64,000 nt of DNA from an uncultured Pseudomonadota bacterium (GTDB taxonomy: Bacteria > Pseudomonadota > Alphaproteobacteria > RF32 > CAG-239): contig CASFRM010000006.1 in the NCBI GenBank assembly GCA_949297185.1, positions 16,374-80,373 of the forward strand. The letters are read 5' to 3'. The translations under genes and the position numbers were made by a program. Shown in pieces: positions 45,379 to 53,940 of the stretch. The notes below the pieces were generated by a model that was given only the letters and a program-made list of their open reading frames with translations, searched no databases and was not told where the DNA came from. How positions within the stretch are numbered: position 1 is the first letter of the stretch; the number at the start of each line of letters is the position of its first letter.

Positions 45379-47046
45379 TTACCATTGTATATGCTGTGGC
45401 GAGTTTATTGTATTTATTTTTCCGTTTGTTCCTCCTTTGTTTTTGCTTTTTATTGTTCGCAAAACAAAACTATTTGGCTCTCGCGAGGTAAACACTGTGT
45501 TTATTTTCGCGTAATCAAGCCCCTTATTGGTTAAAATGTTATACAGCAGGTTAAGCCTCTTCTGTTGTAGGTTTGTTGAGCTGGTGCCGTCAATGCGTAT
45601 CTCCAATGCTGCATCCGGTGTCTCCGCAATTTTTCCGGCAAACGCCTGTACCCAACGCAAGGTTTGTCCTGAAATTTCGGCTCGATTTGGCTGAAACGAA
45701 AGTCTAATTTCTGTCGGCATTATCGATAGCCTTTTTGTGACTTTGCCTTTTTGAGAAATAGATCTTTTGATTTTTGCTTTAGCCAAGGCGCGTTCTTTTG
45801 CTTGGTTTATCTCCTCTTCGGAGCTTTGCTTGCCAAATACGGAGTTTAGAGCCCGTAAAATTGTAGGCTTTTCTTCTTTCGCCGGTTCTGCCTTTTTTTG
45901 TTTATCCTCGACCAAGGGCTGTTCTTTTGTCTTTTCAGCATCCGAAGGGGGTGTTGTGAGTTCCTCTATGTCTTCATCTTCAATAGCGGACAATAGGGCG
46001 GTATTTCTTTTTTCTGAATGTTCTTTGGCTTCTTTGATTTTTTCTTGGTTTTTTATTTTTGCTTCAATAATTTTCTCTTTCTTGGCATCTTCCGAAGTCG
46101 CAGGATATGCAAGCGTGGGGGTCAGATTTTCATCTTTTATTATTTCTTCTGGTATTGGTATAATAAGATTTTTTACTGTCTCGGCTGCAACTTTTACTCC
46201 GCCTTCTTTTATTTCTGGAGACAGGTGTTTTTTGATTTCGTCATTCGTTGCCTTTGAGGATAACCTGTTTTTTGATTTTCCTCCTATTTGAGCAACTTCC
46301 CAAGGTGAATCTTTTAACGACTTCCATTCTTGTTGCTCAACAGCTTCGTCTTTTTCAGTAGATGATTTTTTTAATTCTTTTTCCATGCTTTCTATAGGAA
46401 TGTTTTTTTCATTCAAAGCCACATGGTTAAGCTTCTGGGGGTCACCGATTTTAATCTGTTTGTCGGCCAAAAGTATTTTCTGCTGTTTATCATCCTGCAA
46501 AGGTATTGAAATGTCATCATATTTTACAACATTTTTCTTAGGTAAAAGTTGTTCTTCTTGTTCGCTCCCGTTATAAACCTTTGCTGCAACTATTTTTACA
46601 TCTGCTTTCTTTTGAGGCGCGGTTTGTGGTGTGTATACAGCCTCGGTCTCAATCTTAGGACTTTCCAAAGGTTTATCTGGCGAGTACAGCACATCAGCTA
46701 ATATAACCTTGTTATTATCCTCAATTTTTTCTTCTATCGGATCAATGCTTCGTTCGATTTCCAGCGGAAAATCAAAATTGTCTAATGTATCTGCCAATAT
46801 CACCTCATGGGATTTGTCGTCTAGAGGTTGTTTGGTGACTTCGGGCAGCACATTAAGAGCAATTTTTTTTACGGGATAAGGCGAAGCGGAAGTGTCTTTT
46901 AAGAATAGCACAATGCTTTTATCTTTAATGTCAAGGGGTTGAATTTCAGTGGGTTTTTCATACCAAAAAGCCCTGTTTGCAGCCATTATAGCAAACAGAG
47001 ATACCGAAAAACTGTAAGCAAAAGCTTTAAGAACTGTTTTTGGCAT
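45379..47046 (-). CDS. Hypothetical first gene of the pilus operon (555 aa; K/E-rich, possible degenerate OmpA/MotB-like C-terminus)
   Basis: Start set at ATG 47046 (AGAGGGG RBS). N-terminal TM or signal sequence, a long K/E/P-rich region with VILAD-x-L repeats, and a C-terminal ~110 aa (EIRIDGTSSTNLQQKRLNLLYNILTNKGLDYAKI) weakly OmpA_C-like. Confidence 0.6.
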   Translation of the reverse strand: MPKTVLKAFAYSFSVSLFAIMAANRAFWYEKPTEIQPLDIKDKSIVLFLKDTSASPYPVKKIALNVLPEVTKQPLDDKSHEVILADTLDNFDFPLEIERSIDPIEEKIEDNNKVILADVLYSPDKPLESPKIETEAVYTPQTAPQKKADVKIVAAKVYNGSEQEEQLLPKKNVVKYDDISIPLQDDKQQKILLADKQIKIGDPQKLNHVALNEKNIPIESMEKELKKSSTEKDEAVEQQEWKSLKDSPWEVAQIGGKSKNRLSSKATNDEIKKHLSPEIKEGGVKVAAETVKNLIIPIPEEIIKDENLTPTLAYPATSEDAKKEKIIEAKIKNQEKIKEAKEHSEKRNTALLSAIEDEDIEELTTPPSDAEKTKEQPLVEDKQKKAEPAKEEKPTILRALNSVFGKQSSEEEINQAKERALAKAKIKRSISQKGKVTKRLSIMPTEIRLSFQPNRAEISGQTLRWVQAFAGKIAETPDAALEIRIDGTSSTNLQQKRLNLLYNILTNKGLDYAKINTVFTSREPNSFVLRTIKSKNKGGTNGKINTINSPQHIQW

Positions 47047-47247
47047 AAGACAAACCCCTCTAAAGTCTAGATAAATCAAAATGCGACTCTTGGCAATAGC
47101 GGCATAAAAAAATCCACAAATTTTTAGAAAAAAATAAAAAATTTTGTTGAAATAAAAAAATCAAAAAATTGTAACACTTTTTAAGTAATTTATATGTTAT
47201 AATTTCTTCAATAGGATAAATTTGTCCCATAAGCTTGGCGAAAAACG

Positions 47248-49329
47248 ATGAAAAAAAGCAGACAAAACATACTAAAAATAGCCTTTGCAGTATTGCTATT
47301 TAGCATTACGATACCGACATTTGCGTCTGCTCAAACTTTTGAAGCTCAATCCGCCGCCGAGTTTGCCAAAGGCCACGGAGGAATGGAATATCTTGAGATT
47401 CTTGATAAAAGCTCTGGCTCGCGCAAAATAATTTGCGGAGACAACGATACAGTTTGTGATGGCAATACGCAAGTTTGCTTGAGGTGCAGACACATCGCTT
47501 CAAAAAAAGAATTTGGAAAAGCTTGGGAAACATACAGAAAAGAAGAAGATTGGTCCAGATGTGTTTCTAAACAAGACGTTGCTGTTGATGATTTATATAC
47601 TGTTTGGCCGGAATGTACACCTTTCAATACCTCTGTGGAGAGTTTTTTTGGGACGGTAATAGATACGGATCAGCAATTTCTTGTGATAGAACCGAATGGT
47701 TTTTTGTCAGAAAACATGCACAAGGAATTAGGGATAACATGGAGTAAAGAAAAACACCCCTTTACTGACAGTCAAGGCAGAAGTTATAACTTGATAATGT
47801 CAGGAGATACTTCTATTGCCTATGGTGGCGGTTCTTTCTCTGGCTGTGAAGTTTTGCCTGTTAAGCTCTATAATATGCAAAAATGTTTTTTCTGCCCGCT
47901 GACTGCGGTTGTTTTCGGAACTTCCAATAATGTGACTATCCATTCTTTTGACACATTTGCAGCCCCGTTTGCTACCATAGTAGGTCTTCTTTTTGCTCTA
48001 TGGCTTGCCTTGCATGCGCTAAAACAAGTTTTCCCGATGACCAAACAAGATGCTCCAAAATTCCTGTCAGCTATCGTCAAGCAAGGTTTTAAGGTCGCGC
48101 TGGCAATTCTACTTCTCACGCATTCTTCCGATTTGTTTCGCTATTTCATAATTCCTGTTTTGGATGGCGGATTACAAATGGGACAGCAAATAATATCAGC
48201 AAAATTGCCTGATGACACCAAGGCAGCAGAGCCTATTACCACCACCACAATGCAATATTTTAATCTCAGAACCGGAGGAAGTGATGAGGCTCCGCGAACA
48301 TTGTATAGCGATATAGAATATTATCTGAGATCTGTTCAATATCAGCTCTCCTATATGCAAGCAATCGGAACCTCGTTATTTTGCGTCGGCAGCAAGGAAG
48401 CTATTGCAATAGATGCAGAAAAGATCGTTTCAGGGCTGAGAATGGTAGTTCTGGGGGCAATATTTGTTATTTTCGGATTTTTGCTGACAATAACCTTTGC
48501 TTTTTACTTTATGGACGCGTTGTTGCAGCTTGCTATCATCGGAGCGATGATGCCGCTGATGATTGCCGGATGGCCTTTTCGAGCAACCGGACAGTATGCT
48601 TCAACGGGATTTAAAATGCTCTTAAACACATTTTTTGTAATGTTCTTTACCGGATTTGTAGTTAGTGTATGTTTTGAAATCCTTAACCAGTCGATGGTAT
48701 TTGCTCAACGATCAAAAGAAGATTCAACGGCATTGCAAGATGCAATGGGGTATGGCTTTGACAAAATAGCCGCCGCTATTAATGAGCAAAATATTGAGGC
48801 GTTATACCAGGCTACGGAAATTGGCGGCATAGGATTTTTATTGATAATATTCTCTTGTCTTATGGGATATAAATTTGTTTCACAAGTAAATCCGTTAGCC
48901 AACAAACTGGCTTCAGGCGGAGCCTTTGCCGGCATGACCGGAAAAATAGGAACAATGGCCGCTTCCACAGTCAAAGGAATGGCAAATAAAGTCTCCCAGC
49001 CATTGGGTAATGCTGTTGCCAATAAATACCACGATGCCGGTGGTTTGGTTGGAATTGTCGGCGGTGCGGCATCAGAAGTTAGTGGCGGAGTAAAGGCTAT
49101 TGGCAGTGGCGTTCAAAAGGTCGGAAGCGGTATAAGTAAAGCCGGAAAAACTTTGGTCGCCGGAGGCGGCGTCATAGGCAAGGCCGCCGGTGCAGCCATG
49201 ATGGGGGTAGGTGCAGCTACCCAAGCTGCCGGAGCTGCAACCAAAGCCGCAGGAACAGCTACTCAAAAGGTGAGCGATGTAGCCAAAGAAGGAGCCAAAA
49301 AAGTCCATAGTGCATACGAAAGAAAGTAG
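47248..49329 (+). CDS. virB6: TrbL/VirB6-like polytopic T4SS membrane protein
   Basis: Signal peptide, a Cys-rich periplasmic N-domain, at least 6 TM helices and a G/A/K-rich C-terminal tail, as in TrbL/VirB6 and the enlarged rickettsial VirB6 paralogs. No sequence search was done. Confidence 0.5.
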   Translation: MKKSRQNILKIAFAVLLFSITIPTFASAQTFEAQSAAEFAKGHGGMEYLEILDKSSGSRKIICGDNDTVCDGNTQVCLRCRHIASKKEFGKAWETYRKEEDWSRCVSKQDVAVDDLYTVWPECTPFNTSVESFFGTVIDTDQQFLVIEPNGFLSENMHKELGITWSKEKHPFTDSQGRSYNLIMSGDTSIAYGGGSFSGCEVLPVKLYNMQKCFFCPLTAVVFGTSNNVTIHSFDTFAAPFATIVGLLFALWLALHALKQVFPMTKQDAPKFLSAIVKQGFKVALAILLLTHSSDLFRYFIIPVLDGGLQMGQQIISAKLPDDTKAAEPITTTTMQYFNLRTGGSDEAPRTLYSDIEYYLRSVQYQLSYMQAIGTSLFCVGSKEAIAIDAEKIVSGLRMVVLGAIFVIFGFLLTITFAFYFMDALLQLAIIGAMMPLMIAGWPFRATGQYASTGFKMLLNTFFVMFFTGFVVSVCFEILNQSMVFAQRSKEDSTALQDAMGYGFDKIAAAINEQNIEALYQATEIGGIGFLLIIFSCLMGYKFVSQVNPLANKLASGGAFAGMTGKIGTMAASTVKGMANKVSQPLGNAVANKYHDAGGLVGIVGGAASEVSGGVKAIGSGVQKVGSGISKAGKTLVAGGGVIGKAAGAAMMGVGAATQAAGAATKAAGTATQKVSDVAKEGAKKVHSAYERK

Positions 49330-50226
49330 TCAAAGTTTAAGTTTGGCTAAGGGATGCTTGCTTTTTACTTCATCAATCAATTTTTCGGTTATTATATGAG
49401 TATAAATTTCGGTTGTGGTGATATCTTTATGTCCCAGCATCATCTGCACCGAACGTAAATCCACATCATTATTTAATAAATGTGTAGCAAAAGAATGTCT
49501 CAGCACATGGGGGGATACTTTTTCCGGTGAAATTCCTGCTAAGACAGCCAGATTCTTAATTGCCTTAAAGAAGGCATCACGGGTCAGGTGCCCCTCCTTA
49601 GAGTTAGAAGGAAACAAGAAAGGTTTTTCTGCTCCTTTTAGCAGTTTTTTTCTAATCTCTAAATATTGCAATATTTCTTTCAGTGCGACATCCGCGACCG
49701 GAATAAGCCTTTCTTTGGCACCTTTGCCTTTGACCAAAATTTGCTTTTTATCAAAGTTAATACAATTAAGCGGCAGAGATACCAGTTCAGACACCCTTAG
49801 TCCGCAGGCATACATTAACTTAAGCATGGTAGCGGTTCGTTTGTGAGTGTTATCAGGATTATGTTCGGCCGCCTCAATTAATAGATTTATTTCATCCCTT
49901 GTTAAAAATTTAGGCAGGCTACGGCTTTTTTTAGGTGCCGAAATATTTAGCATCGGGTTTTTTGCAATTTCATTTTCGGACATCAAAAATTTGCAAAAAT
50001 CATTTAATGCCGATATTTTTCTGGCAATAGAACGAGCGGCATAACCTTGTGACTTAAGAAAGGCGATAAATTCTTTAATATCTTTCTCGTTGATATCGTG
50101 ATAATCCTTACTGCAGGATTCAAAGAACTGTTCCAAATCACGCTCATAGGAGCGTAAAGTATTTTCGGCCAAACCATGTTCGGCAGCCATCATATCCAAA
50201 AAATCGGCAAGAATATCGCGATTCAT
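49330..50226 (-). CDS. xerD: Site-specific tyrosine recombinase XerD
   Basis: 298 aa. SAM-like N-domain and catalytic R...HxxR...Y (LRHSFATHLL, MLGHKDITTTEIYTHI). Divergent from aroK, as in many alphaproteobacteria. Confidence 0.85.
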   Translation of the reverse strand: MNRDILADFLDMMAAEHGLAENTLRSYERDLEQFFESCSKDYHDINEKDIKEFIAFLKSQGYAARSIARKISALNDFCKFLMSENEIAKNPMLNISAPKKSRSLPKFLTRDEINLLIEAAEHNPDNTHKRTATMLKLMYACGLRVSELVSLPLNCINFDKKQILVKGKGAKERLIPVADVALKEILQYLEIRKKLLKGAEKPFLFPSNSKEGHLTRDAFFKAIKNLAVLAGISPEKVSPHVLRHSFATHLLNNDVDLRSVQMMLGHKDITTTEIYTHIITEKLIDEVKSKHPLAKLKL

Positions 50227-50232
50227 TTCCTT

Positions 50233-50358
50233 TTATTTCAACACTTCTTCAACATGTTCCTGTGTTAACGGCACCTCATGAACCAAAGCCACGCCGGCGG
50301 CAATTAGTACTACGGCAGCTATTACATAATACAAAGTATATGATTTTTCTCTACGCAT
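50233..50358 (-). CDS. Small hypothetical membrane protein (41 aa; not in the ORF track)
   Basis: AAGGAG RBS 8 nt before the ATG. MRREKSYTLYYVIAAVVLIAAGVALVHEVPLTQEHVEEVLK has one TM helix. It ends 6 nt before the xerD start. Confidence 0.4.
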   Translation of the reverse strand: MRREKSYTLYYVIAAVVLIAAGVALVHEVPLTQEHVEEVLK

Positions 50359-50444
50359 AAAAAAACTCCTTATCAAAAAAGATGTTGCGAAAAAAATATG
50401 TTATTTATATATTTAGCAAAATAATTTTGAAAGATAAACGAAAA

Positions 50445-50987
50445 ATGAATATACAAACAGATAAAATAATATTGTTGGTAGGTTTGATGGGCAGTGGTAA
50501 GACCTCGGTCGGCAAAAGATTGGCCCAAAGACTTGCCTTACCGTTTATCGACGGGGATATGGAAATAGAAAAAGCAGCAGGGCTTAGCTTAGTAGATGTG
50601 TTAAAATGTTTTGGTGCCGAGGAATATAGAGCCGGAGAAGCCAGAGTGATGAAGAGACTTTTGTCCGGTAATAGCTGCGTTTTAGCCTCCGGAGGAGGTT
50701 CTTTTGTCTGCGAACAAACTCGCAAGTTAGCCAAAGAAAGAGCTATAACCGTTTGGCTTAAAGCCGATGTTGATGTTTTGTGCAATCGCACGGCCGGACG
50801 CCAGCACCGTCCTTTCCTAAATGGCGACGATGAAAAGTTGCGCGACAAGATAAGTAACTATATCAACGAAGAATATCCATACTACTCACAAGCTGACATA
50901 GTCGTTGAGAGCAAAGACGAAAAAATAAACGATACGGTATCAAGAGTATTAGCGGCCATAGATAGCTATTTACAGCAAATCCAATAG
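50445..50987 (+). CDS. aroK: Shikimate kinase
   Basis: The internal ATG at 50445 gives MNIQTDKIILLVGLMGSGKTSVGKRLA (P-loop). The tracked ORF start at 50382 is likely too far upstream. Confidence 0.85.
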   Translation: MNIQTDKIILLVGLMGSGKTSVGKRLAQRLALPFIDGDMEIEKAAGLSLVDVLKCFGAEEYRAGEARVMKRLLSGNSCVLASGGGSFVCEQTRKLAKERAITVWLKADVDVLCNRTAGRQHRPFLNGDDEKLRDKISNYINEEYPYYSQADIVVESKDEKINDTVSRVLAAIDSYLQQIQ

Positions 50988-51653
50988 CTTTTCCACCATA
51001 TCAACCGATTTTTTGGGCGCATCATTCCAGAAATCAAGATATTGCTGGTTATGATTTTCGATTCCCGGTGTATCGCTGATAATTCGCATTGATAAAAACG
51101 GTTTGTTATAAATAAAGCAAGTTTGTGCTATTGCGGCCGATTCCATATCCACGGCAACGGCTTCGGGGAAATTTGCTTTTATTTTTCTAAGTTCATCAAT
51201 ATCAGAAATAAATTGATCACCCGACACAATATCGGCACAAACAATTTTTACATCAGACTTTATGGATTCAAACAGCTTAACCAATTTTTCGTCGGAGGCA
51301 AATTTAGCCGGCAGACCTTGTACCTGTCCTTTTTCATTACCTGTTCCGCACCAAACATCGTGGTAAGCAATATTTTTGGCTGCGACAATATCCATAACTC
51401 CGATTACTTTATCGATTCCTCCGGCAACACCAAGGTTGATAATACAATCGGGATTAAAGTTTTTTATCATTTCTATGCAGGCTATTGCCGCACATACTTT
51501 CCCTATACCGCTTTGTACCAAATAAATTTGGTGACTGCCGAGATTACCGCAGTAAAACTCCAGGTGATTAACATTTGTTTTTTTGCAATTCACCAATTTA
51601 TCGGCAAAAAGCTTTAGTTCTTTTTGCATGGCAACAATAAGGCCTATTTTCAT
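50970..51653 (-). CDS. mtnN: 5'-methylthioadenosine/S-adenosylhomocysteine nucleosidase
   Basis: MKIGLIVAMQKE, GIGKV and VDMESAAIAQ motifs. Confidence 0.85.
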   Translation of the reverse strand: MKIGLIVAMQKELKLFADKLVNCKKTNVNHLEFYCGNLGSHQIYLVQSGIGKVCAAIACIEMIKNFNPDCIINLGVAGGIDKVIGVMDIVAAKNIAYHDVWCGTGNEKGQVQGLPAKFASDEKLVKLFESIKSDVKIVCADIVSGDQFISDIDELRKIKANFPEAVAVDMESAAIAQTCFIYNKPFLSMRIISDTPGIENHNQQYLDFWNDAPKKSVDMVEKLLDLL

Positions 51654-51668
51654 CAGATTTTCCTTTAT

Positions 51669-52190
51669 TTAATATTTAAGTACAGAAATGACGGGAGCAT
51701 ATTTTTCAACTTTTTTAGAGCCGTTCAAGTCAGTAAGCTCAATCAAGAATGCCGTTGCAACAATATTTCCCTCAAGTCGATTTACCAATTTACAAGCAGC
51801 CTCGACCGTACCGCCGGTGGCTAAAAGATCGTCAATAATCAGGATACTTTCTCCTTTTTCAATGGAGTCAGTATGAATTTCAAGTTGTGCCTGACCATAT
51901 TCCAAATCATAACTTTCGCTTATGGTTTGAGCGGGTAGTTTCCCCGGTTTTCTCATCAAGATCAATCCGCAGCCAAGTTTATAGGCCAAAGGAGCGCCAA
52001 AGATATATCCTCGAGATTCAATAGCGGCAATTTTATCGATTTTTTTATCTTTGAACAGGCTGTAAAACTCATCAATAATAGCCTTGAAACAATCCGGATC
52101 TTTGATCGCTGTGGTAATATCCTTAAACAGAATACCTTTTTTAGGAAAATCAGGTACATCGCGAATAAATTGTTTAATAAAATCAGACAT
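51669..52190 (-). CDS. apt: Adenine phosphoribosyltransferase
   Basis: PRPP-binding motif ILIIDDLLATGGT. DFPKKGILFKDIT at the N-terminus. Confidence 0.93.
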   Translation of the reverse strand: MSDFIKQFIRDVPDFPKKGILFKDITTAIKDPDCFKAIIDEFYSLFKDKKIDKIAAIESRGYIFGAPLAYKLGCGLILMRKPGKLPAQTISESYDLEYGQAQLEIHTDSIEKGESILIIDDLLATGGTVEAACKLVNRLEGNIVATAFLIELTDLNGSKKVEKYAPVISVLKY

Positions 52191-52205
52191 AATCGGTTCT
52201 TTCTG

Positions 52206-52685
52206 TTATTTAGGGTAAATAAGGTTTTCATCGGTTGCAACAAGAAGTGTTTCATTTAGGTAGCGGTTAGCCAGGAACTTGGCCATTGGCAAGTTCATAT
52301 CCAAATAATTTCCGCAATCTTTGGCGGCAGCTCCCGGTACTTCGCCCTCAAAATCGCGGATAAAAGCAAACATTTCAATAACCAAGGGCAATATTTGCCT
52401 AGAAGAGTATTCCCCGCTTATGAGCATATAAAATCCGGTGCGGCATCCCATAGGGCCGAAATATACGGTCTTTTTTGCAAATTCGGGATGATTTCGTAAA
52501 AAAGTAGCTCCAAGGTGCTCAATAGTATGAATTTCTGCGGTGTTCATTACCGGTTCAAAATTAGGTTTGGTCATTCTTAAATCAAAAGATGTGATTGTTT
52601 GTCCCTCAAAATTATCGATTCTTGAAACATAGACCCCGCGGTTTAGACGCAGATGATCAACGGTAAAGCTGGCAATTTTTTCCAT
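52206..52685 (-). CDS. luxS: S-ribosylhomocysteine lyase LuxS
   Basis: SFTVDH, metal site HTIEH and catalytic GPMGCRTGFY. Confidence 0.9.
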   Translation of the reverse strand: MEKIASFTVDHLRLNRGVYVSRIDNFEGQTITSFDLRMTKPNFEPVMNTAEIHTIEHLGATFLRNHPEFAKKTVYFGPMGCRTGFYMLISGEYSSRQILPLVIEMFAFIRDFEGEVPGAAAKDCGNYLDMNLPMAKFLANRYLNETLLVATDENLIYPK

Positions 52686-52827
52686 AGAAACCTCTTTTCA
52701 TAACAATTAATCTGAGGCGATTATATATAAAGTGCAAAAATAGACAACAACGGATTTAAAAAAACACCAAAAATTAACAATTAGCGATTATAACAAGCAA
52801 TATATATGTGTATAAGGAGGAGTATTT

Positions 52828-53724
52828 ATGAGTAAAGTACTATCTTTTGATATCGGAGGCACCAAGATAGCTTATTCGATAATTAATGAACACGGTGAGT
52901 TTTTAAACGAAATCATAAAAGTCTCAACCCCAAAAACCCCACAAGGTATTTATGAGCTGTTAAAAACAACGGTTAAAGGTTTGGAGGAAGAAATTGACGG
53001 TGTTGCCATTGCCACAGCCGGAGCCATAAATCGCGATGGAACGGCCATCACCTCAAATGTCGGCAATTTGCCGGAAGGCTATAACAAGACAGACTTTATG
53101 AGCTTGACCGACAAACCGGTATTGCTTGAAAACGATGCCAACTCAGCCGGTTGGGCCGAATATTCAATCGGAGCGGCGCAAGGTTGTAGAGATGTTGTTG
53201 TCCTGACGCTGGGAACCGGTGTCGGAGCCGGCATAATTGTAGACGGTAAATTGTTAAAAGGCAAATCAGGTGCCGCCGGAGAGATGCATTTTCCGGTAGA
53301 TTCAGGTCATAAGAGAATATGCGGTGGTTGTGGAATGTACGATTGTTTTGAATCTTTTGCATCCGGTACCGGATTAAATGTCAATGCCCGAGAGAGTATG
53401 GGACCTGAGGCCACCAGTTATGATGTAATAAGAGGCCTAAAAGAGGGTAATCATCAAGCTAAGGTAGCATTTGACCGCTGGCAAGATTACCTAAAACGAG
53501 GTCTGACCATGCTTGCCAATATATTTGATCCTGAGATGATAGTATTATCCGGTTCTATGGCCAAATTTGTTGAGTATGAGAAGCTTAATCAAGATGTAAA
53601 TTCGCAAATTTTGACCCAGCCGTTTGAACTAAAAGAGGCCAAATTTGAGAATAATGCAGGTATGATAGGAGCAGCACTTTTGCTGATTAGTAAATTAAAT
53701 TCTTCAGCTGAAAGAGGTCAATAA
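52828..53724 (+). CDS. ROK family sugar kinase
   Basis: N-terminal FDIGGTKIA ATP-binding motif and a ROK zinc motif (GHKRICGGCGMYDCFE). Confidence 0.8.
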   Translation: MSKVLSFDIGGTKIAYSIINEHGEFLNEIIKVSTPKTPQGIYELLKTTVKGLEEEIDGVAIATAGAINRDGTAITSNVGNLPEGYNKTDFMSLTDKPVLLENDANSAGWAEYSIGAAQGCRDVVVLTLGTGVGAGIIVDGKLLKGKSGAAGEMHFPVDSGHKRICGGCGMYDCFESFASGTGLNVNARESMGPEATSYDVIRGLKEGNHQAKVAFDRWQDYLKRGLTMLANIFDPEMIVLSGSMAKFVEYEKLNQDVNSQILTQPFELKEAKFENNAGMIGAALLLISKLNSSAERGQ

Positions 53725-53867
53725 AAAACGATTCTTTTTATATTCACGAGGCAAAGACTGCTAAAAATGCCGTTTAGAAATTTTTAAGGTCTGTGAATTT
53801 TTTGTTACAGCAAAAATAATTAAGTGTAAACAATATGTTAACCATTTTTTGTTAAGAGTGTTTTTGC

Positions 53868-53882
53868 TGGCAAAATTTGCCA
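53868..53882. promoter_or_regulatory. Perfect palindrome TGGCAAAATTTGCCA upstream of the first virB2-like gene (candidate operator)
   Basis: A 7-1-7 inverted repeat 59 nt upstream of the ATG. A second palindrome, TTTTGCAAAA, lies at 53913-53922. Confidence 0.25.
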
Positions 53883-53940
53883 AAATTATGTATTCTAAAA
53901 GAGTAAATTAAGTTTTGCAAAATTTAAAAGGAGAAAGACT

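Noticed and set aside
45767-46291. 174-aa plus-strand ORF (and nested 46018-46257)
   Set aside because: It is antisense to the K/E-rich region of the first pilus-operon gene. The F/S-rich translation is a compositional artefact.
49330-50226. Tyrosine recombinase as the integrase of a T4SS/pilus island
   Set aside because: The sequence and length fit housekeeping XerD, and it is divergently paired with aroK as in many alphaproteobacteria. No att-like repeats flank the pilus/virB6 block.
51123-51617. 164-aa plus-strand ORF
   Set aside because: It is antisense within mtnN, whose motifs are unambiguous.
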